NCBI GenBank assembly: GCA_042408215.1
Contig: JAYFMW010000030.1
Coordinates: 416,001-480,000, forward strand
Length of the DNA stretch: 64,000 bases
Reading direction: 5' to 3'
DNA from: Microcoleus sp.
GTDB taxonomy: Bacteria; Cyanobacteriota; Cyanobacteriia; Cyanobacteriales; Microcoleaceae
Shown: positions 32,014 through 42,512 of the stretch, one piece after another
Position numbering within the stretch: the first letter of the stretch is position 1
Layout: each line of letters starts with the position of its first letter
Made by a program: the position numbers and the translations under genes
The notes under the pieces: generated by a model
What the model was told of the DNA's origin: nothing
What the model saw: only the letters and a program-made list of their open reading frames with translations
Database searches by the model: none

Positions 32014-32880
32014 TTAAACCATCATCAGGTTTAGCTCATCTTCCTCTTTCTTGACCACAGGTTGAACTGGATTTAAATAAAAATCTGACAACAAGGAGAA
32101 TAATTCGCGATCGGGGGTGTCATTGGGCACTACTCCTTCGGGCATTGCCAAGATTTGGTCGGCGATGTTGAGGTAGTAATCGCAGACGTAGTTGAGGGAT
32201 GGGTCAGACTCTGCCATTTCAAACAAAGTTTTGCCTTTGACGCGAGAAACGCGGATGTCTTCGATTAGGGGCAGCACTTCCAGCACCGGCATGGGTACTG
32301 TGTCTATGTATTTGTCAATCAAGTCACGCTTGGAGGTGCGGTTGCCAATTAAACCAGCGAGTCGCAGGGGGTGAGTGCGGGCTTTTTCGCGGACTGAGGC
32401 GGCGATGCGGTTGGCGGCAAATAGGGCATCAAATCCGTTGTCTGTCACAATCATGCAGTAGTCGGCATAGTTCAAGGGGGCGGCAAAACCGCCACACACT
32501 ACGTCGCCTAGCACGTCGAACAGGATGATGTCGTATTCCTCGAAGGCGTTGAGTTCTTTTAGCAGTTTGACGGTTTCTCCGACGACGTAGCCGCCGCAAC
32601 CAGCTCCTGCGGGGGGGCCGCCTGCTTCTACGCAGTCAACGCCACCGTAGCCTTTGTAGATGACATCTTCGGGCCAAACGTCTTCGTAGTGATAGTCCTT
32701 TTCTTGAAGGGTGTCAATAATTGTGGGGATCAGGAAGCCCGTGAGGGTAAATGTGCTGTCGTGCTTTGGATCGCAACCGATTTGCAGAACTTTTTTGCCA
32801 CGCTTGGCTAGAGCAACGGAGATGTTGCAGCTTGTTGTTGATTTACCGATTCCACCTTTTCCGTAAACTGCGAGTTTCAC
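32014..32880 (-). CDS. chlL: Light-independent protochlorophyllide reductase iron-sulfur ATP-binding subunit
   Basis: [40 protein letters not shown]. Confidence 0.98.
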   Translation of the reverse strand: MKLAVYGKGGIGKSTTSCNISVALAKRGKKVLQIGCDPKHDSTFTLTGFLIPTIIDTLQEKDYHYEDVWPEDVIYKGYGGVDCVEAGGPPAGAGCGGYVVGETVKLLKELNAFEEYDIILFDVLGDVVCGGFAAPLNYADYCMIVTDNGFDALFAANRIAASVREKARTHPLRLAGLIGNRTSKRDLIDKYIDTVPMPVLEVLPLIEDIRVSRVKGKTLFEMAESDPSLNYVCDYYLNIADQILAMPEGVVPNDTPDRELFSLLSDFYLNPVQPVVKKEEDELNLMMV

Positions 32881-33468
32881 TGTTTGTTCTCCTATAGGTT
32901 TCTCTGAAAACGATCGGGGGCTGGGCTTTCGCGCTTTGATGTTGCGATCGCCCTTACTGCAATACCCAACTCCAATGCCCTTACTGCCATGCCCAACTGC
33001 AATGCTTTGTCTGTCAATTTGGGAGTCGGCTTTTTTGAGCTCGTTGAAAGCATTATTAGCTAACTTGCTGGGAAAAGAAAGGGGGCACCGAAATGAAAAC
33101 GCTAGTAAATTACGTTATTTTGCATCTTTGGGAATCTTAGCTGAGTTTTCAATTTACCAGTCTATTTTTAGGTTTTTTTTAGATTTTAAATTGATTTTAC
33201 ACTACTACTTTTAAATAAAGAGGTACAAAAATAAAATAAAAGTTTACTTCTGAAACCAGGGCTGTGAGCTTTGAGTCTAGGATGGAGGCAGTTGGGGACT
33301 GTTGTGGGGAATTACTACGGGTAAACAGGGGCTGATGGATGGGGCTAACTCGGAGTGAGTTCGACTAATTGGGTCTGCCGAAGGCAAAGTTAAGTTAGCA
33401 GAAAGCGATCGCCAGTGATTTTGATTGGCTTTCTGGGATTTTGTAAAATATTGTGAATTTTTAGGAAT

Positions 33469-33836
33469 GGTTGACGGTTGACGGTTGACGGTTGACGGTT
33501 GACAGTCCTGGATGCACTCCGACTAAAGAAACCGGGTTTTTTACCGAGTGTGCGGGATGCAACCTGTGTATTTTTGTAAAAAACCCGGTTTCTGGGCCCC
33601 CATGCGTCCAGGACTATGTTGACTAACGTTATTGGTTATTAGCAGCCCCAAGGGAGTAACAAATAACAAATAACCAATAACTAATGACTAATGACCAATG
33701 ACCAATGACTACTGACTAATGACTAATGACTAATGACTACTGACTACTGACTACTGACTACTGACTACTGACTACTGACTACTGACTACTGACTACTGAC
33801 TACTGACTACTGACTACTGACTACTGACTACTGACT
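33469..33836. repeat. STRR tracts (GGTTGAC; ACTAATG/ACTACTG) around a MITE at 33504-33615
   Basis: Tandem heptamers; AGTCCTGGA...TCCAGGACT TIR. Confidence 0.88.
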
Positions 33837-36010
33837 ATCGGAATTTCGATCGCAAACTCAGTACCCACTCCAGCCTCAGAAACGCATTCCAGTCGCCCCC
33901 CGTGTTGTTCCACAATTAAATGGTAAGAAATAGACAGCCCCAGCCCAGTGCCCTTACCGACAGGTTTGGTAGTAAAAAACGGGTCAAATAATTTACTGCG
34001 AATCTGAGCAGGTATGCCGCCGCCGTTGTCGGAAATGCGGATCGCCACAAAATTGCAGTCAATAACTTCAGTGCGAATTGTAACAGAGGGAACACTCAAT
34101 TGAGAACTAACAATTGGCCCCAGTGGATTTGTCCCATTTTCCCTTGCCCATTTACCATTCTTGATTTCCTGATCCAAAGCATCAATAGCATTACCGATAA
34201 TATTCATAAACACTTGATTTATCTGACCGGCACAGCACTCGATGCGGGGCAAATCGCCGTATTCTTTAATAATTTGAATAGCTGAATGTCCACCGTAAGC
34301 TTTGAGGCGGTGCTGCAAAATCAGCAAAGTGCTGTCAAGCCCTTCGTGAATGTCCACTAGCTTGATGTTAGCTTGATCCGATCGCGAAAAATTACGCATT
34401 GACAAAACTATTTGACGGATGCGATCGGTTCCTACTTGCATGGAAGACAGAATTTTAGATAAATCTTCCACTAAAAAATCGACATCAATATCTGCTGCTA
34501 CTGCTCGAATTTCCGACACTGGTTCGGGATAGTGCTTCTGGTAAAGTCCCAACAGTTGAATTAATTCTTTGATGTAATGACTGGTGTGGGAAAGATTGCC
34601 GTAGATAAAATTAACTGGATTGTTAATTTCATGGGCGATGCCGGCAATCATTTGTCCCAAAGAAGACATTTTTTCAGTTTGCACAAGTTGACTTTGAGTT
34701 TGCTGCAACTTCCGCACAGTTTCCTCTAATTGGTGCGCTTGATTTTTCAAGCTAGTTTGCGAGAGTCGCAGCACTTCTTCGACTCGCTGCCGCTTAATCA
34801 GATCTCGTCTTAACAATTCATTGGATTCTAAAAGTTGAGCAGTGCGTTCTTCAACTTGTCTTTTCAAGTCGTCGTGAGCTTGGCGTAGGGCTTCTTCTGC
34901 CCGCAGGCGCTCGAAAATTTCTTGCTGTAATTGCTCGTTGGCGAGTTGCAGTTGGGAGGCTCTATCGTCCACTGCTTGTTGCAAAATCTCGATCGTCCCG
35001 TACATTTCAGATTGATTAAAAACTGGCGGCAAACTCGCCTGAGACACAACGCCCAACAGTTCTCCCTGAGTACCAACTACTACCAAACGGCGCACGCAGT
35101 GCCGCTGTATTTCCTGGTGCGCCTTCCACAGGGAATCGGCGGGAGATAAACAAAATAGGGGCGCACTCATGGCCTGGGCCACGGATATTTGGGAGAAATT
35201 TAATTCGAGGGCGTGAAACTGTACGATGTCGCGCTCGGTGACTATACCCACAGGAATTAATAGTGGGGAATTGCTGGTGGGAAATTGACTATTTTCGGTG
35301 GCTGCGATCGCCCGTTGTGGATGGGGAATTTTTGCTTCGACGATCACGATGTAATTGACTTGATGCTTGACCATAAGCTGGGCTAAATCGAGGGCTGAGG
35401 CAGTTTTTGGGGCGTAAATGACTTCTTGAGTCATGACATCTGCTACAGTTCGCAAATTGCTCTGTAAGTTAACTGGTTGGAGAGCTTCGTAAATTGCTTC
35501 GCGGGTGATGATTCCCAAAAGTCGATCGTCCCTGTCCACTATCGGTAAATGCCGGATCTGGTGTTGGCGCAATAGGAAGATCGCGGTGAAAATATCTGGA
35601 GCCTCCGATTGTCTGAGAGTAATGGGCGATGGAGTCATCACCTCACCAATCGTCAGACCGATCGAACAAGCTTCGGCCGTGGTTAACTTGATGATATCCC
35701 GCTCAGTGAAAATACCGATTAGCCGCGATTCTTTGACTACTAAGACGCAACTGCGTTTGGCGGCGCTGACAACTGGGTTTTGTCGATCGCCCGAAATGTG
35801 ACAGGAGACGCGCATCGGGTTCATCAGAGCCAATACCCTGGCGATCGGAGTTTCTGGAGTAACTATTAGGGGATTAGGGTCGATCGCCCCATCTAAAGGT
35901 GACGAGTAGAGGGGGCGAGTTTTCGGTTCGATGGCTGGGCCTGATGATTTAATTGTTGGTTGTTGTGGGTCGAAATTTAGGAAATGCTGCAATTTTTGTT
36001 CCTGTAGCAT
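33821..36010 (-). CDS. CBS-domain sensor histidine kinase
   Basis: Two CBS pairs (GIFTERD, IRHLPIV), H-box AHEINNP, N-box, DNGGGI, FFTTKPVGKGTGLGL. Confidence 0.92.
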   Translation of the reverse strand: MLQEQKLQHFLNFDPQQPTIKSSGPAIEPKTRPLYSSPLDGAIDPNPLIVTPETPIARVLALMNPMRVSCHISGDRQNPVVSAAKRSCVLVVKESRLIGIFTERDIIKLTTAEACSIGLTIGEVMTPSPITLRQSEAPDIFTAIFLLRQHQIRHLPIVDRDDRLLGIITREAIYEALQPVNLQSNLRTVADVMTQEVIYAPKTASALDLAQLMVKHQVNYIVIVEAKIPHPQRAIAATENSQFPTSNSPLLIPVGIVTERDIVQFHALELNFSQISVAQAMSAPLFCLSPADSLWKAHQEIQRHCVRRLVVVGTQGELLGVVSQASLPPVFNQSEMYGTIEILQQAVDDRASQLQLANEQLQQEIFERLRAEEALRQAHDDLKRQVEERTAQLLESNELLRRDLIKRQRVEEVLRLSQTSLKNQAHQLEETVRKLQQTQSQLVQTEKMSSLGQMIAGIAHEINNPVNFIYGNLSHTSHYIKELIQLLGLYQKHYPEPVSEIRAVAADIDVDFLVEDLSKILSSMQVGTDRIRQIVLSMRNFSRSDQANIKLVDIHEGLDSTLLILQHRLKAYGGHSAIQIIKEYGDLPRIECCAGQINQVFMNIIGNAIDALDQEIKNGKWARENGTNPLGPIVSSQLSVPSVTIRTEVIDCNFVAIRISDNGGGIPAQIRSKLFDPFFTTKPVGKGTGLGLSISYHLIVEQHGGRLECVSEAGVGTEFAIEIPIVSSQ

Positions 36011-36071
36011 AGTTTTTTTTTAATTTTTCTTAATGAATTGTTACAATTTCGAGGAATTTTCTGGGCAGACT

Positions 36072-36258
36072 TATAGCTGAAGGAAGAAGGAAGTTCGGCA
36101 ACGGATTCGCTCCACGGATGTAACGGATGTAACGCCCGGAAGGAAGACGGAAAAAGGAAAAAGGAAAAAGGAAAAAGGCAGACGGAAGACGGAAAATGCT
36201 ATAGAATCAATGGTTTCAGCAATTAAAAACGCCCTAATTACCGAGAAGGTTGCTATAT
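36072..36258. repeat. Dispersed TATAGC...GCTATA element with GGAAGAA/ACGGATGTA low-complexity interior
   Basis: 3' part similar to 51920-51981; ACGGATGTA block reversed at 9005-9050. Confidence 0.6.
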
Positions 36259-36458
36259 CCAAAAGCTATGAAAAAACTGGGTTTTTGAGTCTAGCGTTTG
36301 GCTTCAAGCAGAGAATTTTTGTTCATAAACCCGGTTCCTGAGTAAGTCTGAAGTAGTAGGTGAAAGATGTTCGATCGCCTCAAATCTCATTTCTAGCAAA
36401 ACCCATCCACCAAAGAGCGGTCACGCTCGCGAAGCCGAAGTGTTAATTTTTAATTTTT

Positions 36459-39062
36459 ATGTCGTGGACACCCTTAAGTCACCGGATTCATCATTTGCCG
36501 CTCATTCTGGCTGGCCCGATTTTACGCCGGACAGAAAGGAAGGCTGTGACAGTTTGGCTAGCTCTCAAAGCACCTCGCCAAGTCAAACTCAAGGTTTACT
36601 CGACGGAGGGCGGAACTGGCGAAATTGTCGATCGGCCCTTACTCCAAGGTACAGGTTCTACTGTGCAACTGGGCAAATACCTGCACGTAGTGGCCGTGAC
36701 TGCTATACCGATCGATAGCAATTGCTTGACATCCGGGCAAATTTATGCTTATGACATCGAGTTGGCCGATAGTCGCGAGTCGCGATCGGGAATTCCAGGA
36801 CTCGAAAATGAGAGAGAAAATCTCATTTCTTGTCTGTGGCCAGCCACCCCTGAGTTATCGCCGCCACAGCCACAGACAATCAGTTATTTCGATCACCAGT
36901 TGCCCACTTTTGCTCAGCCACCGGACGATTTAAACTATTTGCGGATTGTTCATGGTTCTTGTCGCAAGCCTCACGGAGGGGGACGAGATGCACTCCCAAT
37001 CTTGGATAGTTCGATCGAACAGTTCGCAGGTATGGCAAATTCCAGGCCTCACCAACTATTTTTAACGGGCGACCAAATTTACGGCGATGACGTAGCCGAT
37101 CCGATGCTGTGGGCTTTGACTGATGCTGGGGATACACTCTTGGGCTGGGAAGAGAATTTGCCCCTGATGGATGATGCCCAAATTAACAATAATTTGTGTA
37201 CCAGTATACCTGAAAATCCGGCAAAGGGAAAGATCATTCGCGAAACAAGGGAAAATTCTAGTGAGTCACCAATTCACAAGCAGGCTGATGCTGAGTCTAA
37301 ATACAAAAAACCAGTTCAATTAAAGCCTGGGAATCGCTGCGATATTGCGAGAGATTTTGGTGGCTTTACAGCAATGTTGGTGAATAAACCCGACAAGGCT
37401 AAAAGTCATTTGTTTAGCCTGGGGGAATATTATGCGATGTATTTGTTAGTTTGGTCGCCGATACTTTGGTGCGATAGTTTTCCGAAGGGTAAGGATATTT
37501 GTGAAAATGTCAAGCAGGCAAAAGTCTGGGATCGAGAAGCTTTTGAACTTGAAAGTTTTGCTAGGGATTTGTGGAGAGTCAGGAGGGCGATCGCCAATAT
37601 TCCTACTTATACCATTTGCGATGACCACGATGTTAGTGATGACTGGTATTTGAATCGAGAATGGTGTTACCGGGTGCTGGGTAAGCCGCTGGGCCGGCGG
37701 GTGGTGCAGAATGCTTTGCTGGCTTATGCTGTGTTTCAGGCTTGGGGAAATACGCCGGAACAGTTCGATCGCGGAGAAGTGGGAGATAAATTATTAACAA
37801 CTGCTGCAAAATGGTCTGAGTCGGCTGGTACTAATGTTGCTGTTTGGTCAGAGGCGGCTTCGTATTTGGGAATTCCGGGAATTGATATTGAGACTGGTTT
37901 GCCGAAGTTTAAATTAGATGAAGATGTTTTCATTTTTGATCGGGATGGCGAGGGCGTAAATGAGGTTTTGGATTGGCATTTTACTGTGAGAAGTTTTAAG
38001 CATGAGGTGATTGTGCTGGATACGCGGACTTGGCGGGGATATCCGACAGAAATGGCGATCGATCCGCCGATGCTTTTGACTCACAAAGCTTTTGAGGAGC
38101 AAATTCAGAAGCCTTTGCTGGAGACTGAATTATTGAATAAAACTGGGGAGTTTGATATTGAGGCGACGTTGGTAATTGTACCGACAAATTTGGTGGGTTT
38201 GTGGATTATTGATGCGGTTCAAAAGTGGGAAGTGGAGCACGGGAGGGTTTTTAATAGTGACGCGGGGGATGCTTGGAATTTTCATGAGTTGGCTTTTGTG
38301 AAGCTGTTGGCGGAGTTTTTTAAACAGCGCGCGAGGGTGATTGTGTTGACGGGGGATATTCACTATGCTGCTGCTGTGCGGTTGAGTTATTGGTCCGAGC
38401 GTCATTTTGGGGATTCTCCTACAGAAATTAACAGGCGGGACGCCTGTTCCACAGCAGAGGGGAAAGAGGGAGTTTTGGGTTTGAATGGGGCGAATTCTCA
38501 GTCAAATTTTCAATCTTCTGTGTTGGCGCAGTTGACTGCTAGTGCTTTGATTAATGAGGAGTGGAAAACGCATTTAATTCATACTAAGATTAAGTCGCTG
38601 CTTCCTGAGCGATCGCATGAGTGTTTGGGATGGAATGAGCCACTGGAATTAATGAAGGTTTCGAGGGTTAACAGAAAGAAGGCGATCGCGGCTGCTGTCA
38701 GAAACAGACAATCTCTGCCTGATTGGGGCTATCGGATTGATTGGATTAAACGACAAAAAGCTCGGCTATTCTTGCAGCATGAAAGTGGGATTTTGTCAAG
38801 TAAATCTGCCCAAAATAAGCAATTTTCATTGGTGCAAAGGTTGTGGCAGATTATATCGCTGTTGTGGCGCAATCGCTGGCTGCAAGAGGGTGATGAGATT
38901 GTGGGATATAGCAATATTGCGATCGTCAGTTTTCAGTGGCCTGCTGATGGTGATGGGGAGAAAGCGGTGATTCAAAATGTTTATTGGCGGCCTCTTTGGG
39001 CACCGGATAGTGTGGTTTATAGTCAATATTTTGTGTCGCTAGAAACAAATAAGGATGATTAG
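36459..39062 (+). CDS. PhoD-like metallophosphatase
   Basis: HGSCRKPH, LTGDQIYGDD, DDHDV, LDTRT, LTGDIH. Confidence 0.85.
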   Translation: MSWTPLSHRIHHLPLILAGPILRRTERKAVTVWLALKAPRQVKLKVYSTEGGTGEIVDRPLLQGTGSTVQLGKYLHVVAVTAIPIDSNCLTSGQIYAYDIELADSRESRSGIPGLENERENLISCLWPATPELSPPQPQTISYFDHQLPTFAQPPDDLNYLRIVHGSCRKPHGGGRDALPILDSSIEQFAGMANSRPHQLFLTGDQIYGDDVADPMLWALTDAGDTLLGWEENLPLMDDAQINNNLCTSIPENPAKGKIIRETRENSSESPIHKQADAESKYKKPVQLKPGNRCDIARDFGGFTAMLVNKPDKAKSHLFSLGEYYAMYLLVWSPILWCDSFPKGKDICENVKQAKVWDREAFELESFARDLWRVRRAIANIPTYTICDDHDVSDDWYLNREWCYRVLGKPLGRRVVQNALLAYAVFQAWGNTPEQFDRGEVGDKLLTTAAKWSESAGTNVAVWSEAASYLGIPGIDIETGLPKFKLDEDVFIFDRDGEGVNEVLDWHFTVRSFKHEVIVLDTRTWRGYPTEMAIDPPMLLTHKAFEEQIQKPLLETELLNKTGEFDIEATLVIVPTNLVGLWIIDAVQKWEVEHGRVFNSDAGDAWNFHELAFVKLLAEFFKQRARVIVLTGDIHYAAAVRLSYWSERHFGDSPTEINRRDACSTAEGKEGVLGLNGANSQSNFQSSVLAQLTASALINEEWKTHLIHTKIKSLLPERSHECLGWNEPLELMKVSRVNRKKAIAAAVRNRQSLPDWGYRIDWIKRQKARLFLQHESGILSSKSAQNKQFSLVQRLWQIISLLWRNRWLQEGDEIVGYSNIAIVSFQWPADGDGEKAVIQNVYWRPLWAPDSVVYSQYFVSLETNKDD

Positions 39063-39092
39063 ATTCCCCGGCGGTTTCCAACCGCCGAGTAA

Positions 39093-39420
39093 TACCAATT
39101 TAATGGGTCGTTGCATATATCTCGATCCCCCTCGCATCCCCCTTAATAAGGGAGTAGGGTGTGATCTTGTTTACGGTTGCATCGGAATGATTTAACCGCA
39201 GAGACCACAGAGGACACAGAGGAAGAGAGAGATGAATAATTCCGATACCAACGGATTTGATATAATGGGGTAGGGACACGACTGTCTTGTCACTCGGTAT
39301 CATTCCGATGCAACCGGAAACGATATGAGTAGGGGTTGACTTTGAGCAGAATCTTGTTCCCCCCTTATTAAGGGGGGTTAGGGGGGATCAGATTCTACGC
39401 AGCCTCATAAAAAACTGGTA
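39093..39420 (-). mobile_element. MITE (TACCA...TGGTA, TAA duplication) with nested MITE 39165-39325 (TGA duplication)
   Basis: Inverted, uninterrupted sister copy at 41101-41265 shows the empty site. Confidence 0.85.
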
Positions 39421-39479
39421 TAACACGGACGTTTGTGTAGACGCGGTTTCCAACCGCCGAATCTACGAAACACGCCATC

Positions 39480-39650
39480 TTATCCCAACAAATCCAGAAA
39501 CCGCACATCACCCCGAATCCCATCAAAACCCGCATTAGTTTTCGCTAACTCTCGATATTCTTCCGGTTCCAATTCAATCGCGCGCCACAAATTTTTCTGA
39601 GATAGCTCAACATTAATTTGCAAGGCGTAAATGCAAGCTTTGTGATCATA
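39480..39650 (-). pseudogene. C-terminal fragment of a TPR protein
   Basis: Minus strand reads KACIYALQINVELSQKNLWRAIELEPEEYRELAKTNAGFDGIRGDVRFLDLLG*. Confidence 0.65.
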
Positions 39651-39697
39651 TAGCGGTTTTCAACCGCATGAGGTACAAGCCGATCGATGTCCTAGCC

Positions 39698-39866
39698 CTA
39701 GGGCGTGTTTTCAAACTCTAAGATCCCCCCGGCCCCCCTTAACAAGGGGGGAGAAAGAGTCTCTTTCGTCAACCCCTACTCACACCCTACTCCCTTTTTA
39801 AGGGGGATGCGAGGGGGATCTTCGAGAGATTCGGTTCATAATCAGTAGTTTGAAAACACGCCCTAG
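39698..39866. mobile_element. MITE with CTAGGGCGTGTTTTCAAACT terminal inverted repeats
   Basis: Perfect ~20-bp TIR; related left ends at 8792 and 51101. Confidence 0.8.
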
Positions 39867-40028
39867 CCCTAGCCCAATCCCCAAGCGTACCTCATTGAAC
39901 AGAGAAGGGCTATATATTGATTTACCTCAGTAGACGTATTCTCTGTATTTACTTGTTTTAACATAGTTGGTTTTTTTCGCGCCGACCTACTTATCCTAAA
40001 ATTCAACTATGGATTGTGTCTACCTACT

Positions 40029-40955
40029 TTAACTATAACTATCCTCAATATACTCAATAATACAGCCAGCCACATACTCAGCCAGCTTGACAGGAACAGC
40101 ATTACCAATCATTTGTTCTAAATCAGACTTATTTCCCTGAAACTTAAACGTCTTAGGAAATGTTTGAATATAACTCCGCTCAATAGTCGTCAAAGGGCGT
40201 AACCTCTCATCAATATCGCACAAATCTCCTTCATGCTTCTTGTACGTCTTGGGAATTGGACGATTAACACCTCGAACTGTCGGACTAGGTTCGTGGATGC
40301 TGAAAACTCCCCTTCTCTTATAGCTTCTCGGATGCCGATAAAAATACTCAATACCTAAATCATCACCTAAATATTCAAAAACATTCATAGGAGTTTTAGA
40401 CTGATTTTTGGTTAAATAAGAACTCAAAACACCATCTTCTCCATCCAATTGACCAATCAAAAAATATCGTTTCCTAGCTTGGGGAACCCCACAATAGCTG
40501 GCATTCAAAACGGAAGAACTTAAACCATAGCCACTGGTTCTAAATGTTTCTAAAACTTCCTCTAAAATTTGGCTTTTTTGAATTCTGGCAACATTCTCCA
40601 TGACAAACCATCTAGGCTTAATGCTAGTAATAATCTTCGCAAATGCTAAAGATAAATCTGCTCTCCCAAGATTTTCATCTCTTTTACCGGCGCTGGAAAA
40701 ATCTTGGCATGGAGGTCCACCAATAATGATATCTGGACTGAAATCACCGATCGATGAACAGACATCTGCTTGTGATAAGTCTTTCTCAAATATCGGATGT
40801 TGGAAGTTTTCTTTATATACTTGAATGGCTGGATGCCAGTAGTCAAAAGCTGCTACTACATTGAATCCAGCATTTTGAAATCCGAGTGATAAGCCTCCAC
40901 AGCCTGCAAATAAATCTACTGTTCTCATTTTTGTAAAGTTACTCTTAGAACCCAT
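40029..40955 (-). CDS. DNA (cytosine-5) methyltransferase, orphan; M.HgiDI-like (GRCGYC predicted)
   Basis: DLFAGCGG, GGPPCQ, ENV, PQARKR, IGNAV; TRD YYRHPR...PTVRGVNRPIP resembles M.HgiDI as recalled. Confidence 0.9.
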   Translation of the reverse strand: MGSKSNFTKMRTVDLFAGCGGLSLGFQNAGFNVVAAFDYWHPAIQVYKENFQHPIFEKDLSQADVCSSIGDFSPDIIIGGPPCQDFSSAGKRDENLGRADLSLAFAKIITSIKPRWFVMENVARIQKSQILEEVLETFRTSGYGLSSSVLNASYCGVPQARKRYFLIGQLDGEDGVLSSYLTKNQSKTPMNVFEYLGDDLGIEYFYRHPRSYKRRGVFSIHEPSPTVRGVNRPIPKTYKKHEGDLCDIDERLRPLTTIERSYIQTFPKTFKFQGNKSDLEQMIGNAVPVKLAEYVAGCIIEYIEDSYS

Positions 40956-40967
40956 GATATGTTAGTC

Positions 40968-41273
40968 AGGACTTACGCATTGTAATGGTGTTGTAAGGGC
41001 TTCGGCCGTGAGCTCAGCGTTCGACCGATCGCGCCGAAGTCCGAACCTGTGAGATGCTTCGCGACCCTCAGAATGAGATAATTACGTTGTTAATGCGTAA
41101 TACCAGTTTTTTATGAGGCCCCGTAGAATCTGATCCCCCCTAACCCCCCTTAATAAGGGGGGAACAAGATTCTGCTCTTTCGTCACCCCCTACTCACACC
41201 CTACTCCCTTATTAAGGGGGATGCGAGGGGGATCGAGATATATGCAACGACCCATTAAATTGGTATAAGTCCT
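40968..41273. mobile_element. AGGACTTACGCA-type MITE with nested TACCA...TGGTA MITE (41101-41265, TAA duplication) in its right TIR
   Basis: TGCG-TAA-[insert]-TAA-GTCCT restores TGCGTAAGTCCT. Confidence 0.82.
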
Positions 41274-41312
41274 ATTAGTCGAATAGATCGGGATAGTTAT
41301 AAATAATAGCAT

Positions 41313-41625
41313 CAAATTTTCTCTCTGGAATCAACATTTTTTTGCCACAGTCTCAAATAGTTTTTTGGGGAGGTGCGTTTGAAAGCGGAACTAAAACTAA
41401 CTTCCACGATGATTCCTCAATCAGTTGTCTCAGTTCGCTAATATGGTCGAAAAACTTCACCTCACCTTTTTGATGTTATACCTGCGATAACTTGAAGTTT
41501 TGATAGATCTGATCGTGGCGTTCTTCACGGATATATTGGTTCAACAACTGTTGAATTTCCTGCTTTTCATTTGTGGAAATATCTTTGATCGCTTCAACTA
41601 CATCATTAAAAGTTATCGTTGGCAA
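41313..41625 (-). pseudogene. Decayed type II toxin-antitoxin pair (antitoxin with internal stop; YafQ/RelE-like toxin stub)
   Basis: TFNDVVEAIKDISTNEKQEIQQLL...QV*HQKGEVKF..ELRQLIEE, then GTG at 41407: VEVSFSSAFKR followed by degenerate sequence. Confidence 0.6.
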
Positions 41626-41809
41626 GACCTCATATTAATTGTCTATTCTCTAAGTTCATATTAACTATTTTGCTCCAAAAGTGCCGATCGCGACTACCAA
41701 TACCACCGGCGCGGGCACTTCCCCAAACACCAAATAACCCAAACCAGCAGCCCAGACAGAAGAAAACGCTAAAATAGTAATAGACATCCTACAATCTCGG
41801 AGTTAGTTC

Positions 41810-42454
41810 TTGGCACTTGCACCGCCCCAGCGCGAAAGCGTTCTAGCTTGGCTCTCAGACCGCGTTCCTGCTGCTCGCATCACACATATCCTCGGAGTCG
41901 AACAGGTAGCAGGTGACTTGGCTCGCCATTACGGCCTCGATGAAGCTAAAGCCCGATCGGCCGGATTGTTGCACGATTTGGCAAAATACTTCAAACCTCA
42001 ATTGCTGCTACAAATAGCCGCAGCCGAAGGTTTAGAGTTAGACTCAGTGTTGGAAGCACACCCGCACCTGCTACACGCAGACGCGAGCGCGATCGTCGCC
42101 AGATCCGAATTCGGGGTGGTCGATCGAGAAATTTTGGAAGCGATCGCCAATCACACCCTCGGAAGACCAAACATGAGTCAACTCAGTTGTACCGTATTTA
42201 TAGCAGACACTATAGAGCCGAGCCGTGGCAACACAGCCGAACTAGAAGCACTGCGGCAGGCGAGCGTGCAAAATCTTTATGCGGCAGTTTGGCAAACCTG
42301 TGATTATTCTCTGAAATTCTTGCTAGAAACTCGGTGCTACATCCACCCGCGCAGCGTACTCACCCGCAATTGGGCGCTGCAAATGGCTCGATCGAAAGAA
42401 ACAGGGAATTCGACGAGGGAATCGATCGCCACCTGCAATCAAACTGGTTTGTAG
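41810..42454 (+). CDS. yqeK: HD-domain Ap4A hydrolase YqeK
   Basis: THILGV, LLHDLAK, LLHADASA, ANHTLG, IADTIEP; upstream of rsfS. Confidence 0.88.
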   Translation: MALAPPQRESVLAWLSDRVPAARITHILGVEQVAGDLARHYGLDEAKARSAGLLHDLAKYFKPQLLLQIAAAEGLELDSVLEAHPHLLHADASAIVARSEFGVVDREILEAIANHTLGRPNMSQLSCTVFIADTIEPSRGNTAELEALRQASVQNLYAAVWQTCDYSLKFLLETRCYIHPRSVLTRNWALQMARSKETGNSTRESIATCNQTGL

Positions 42455-42512
42455 TCAGGACTTTAGTCCTCAGTGGCCGGACTGCCGCCGACGGAGGACT
42501 TTTCGTTTTCAC

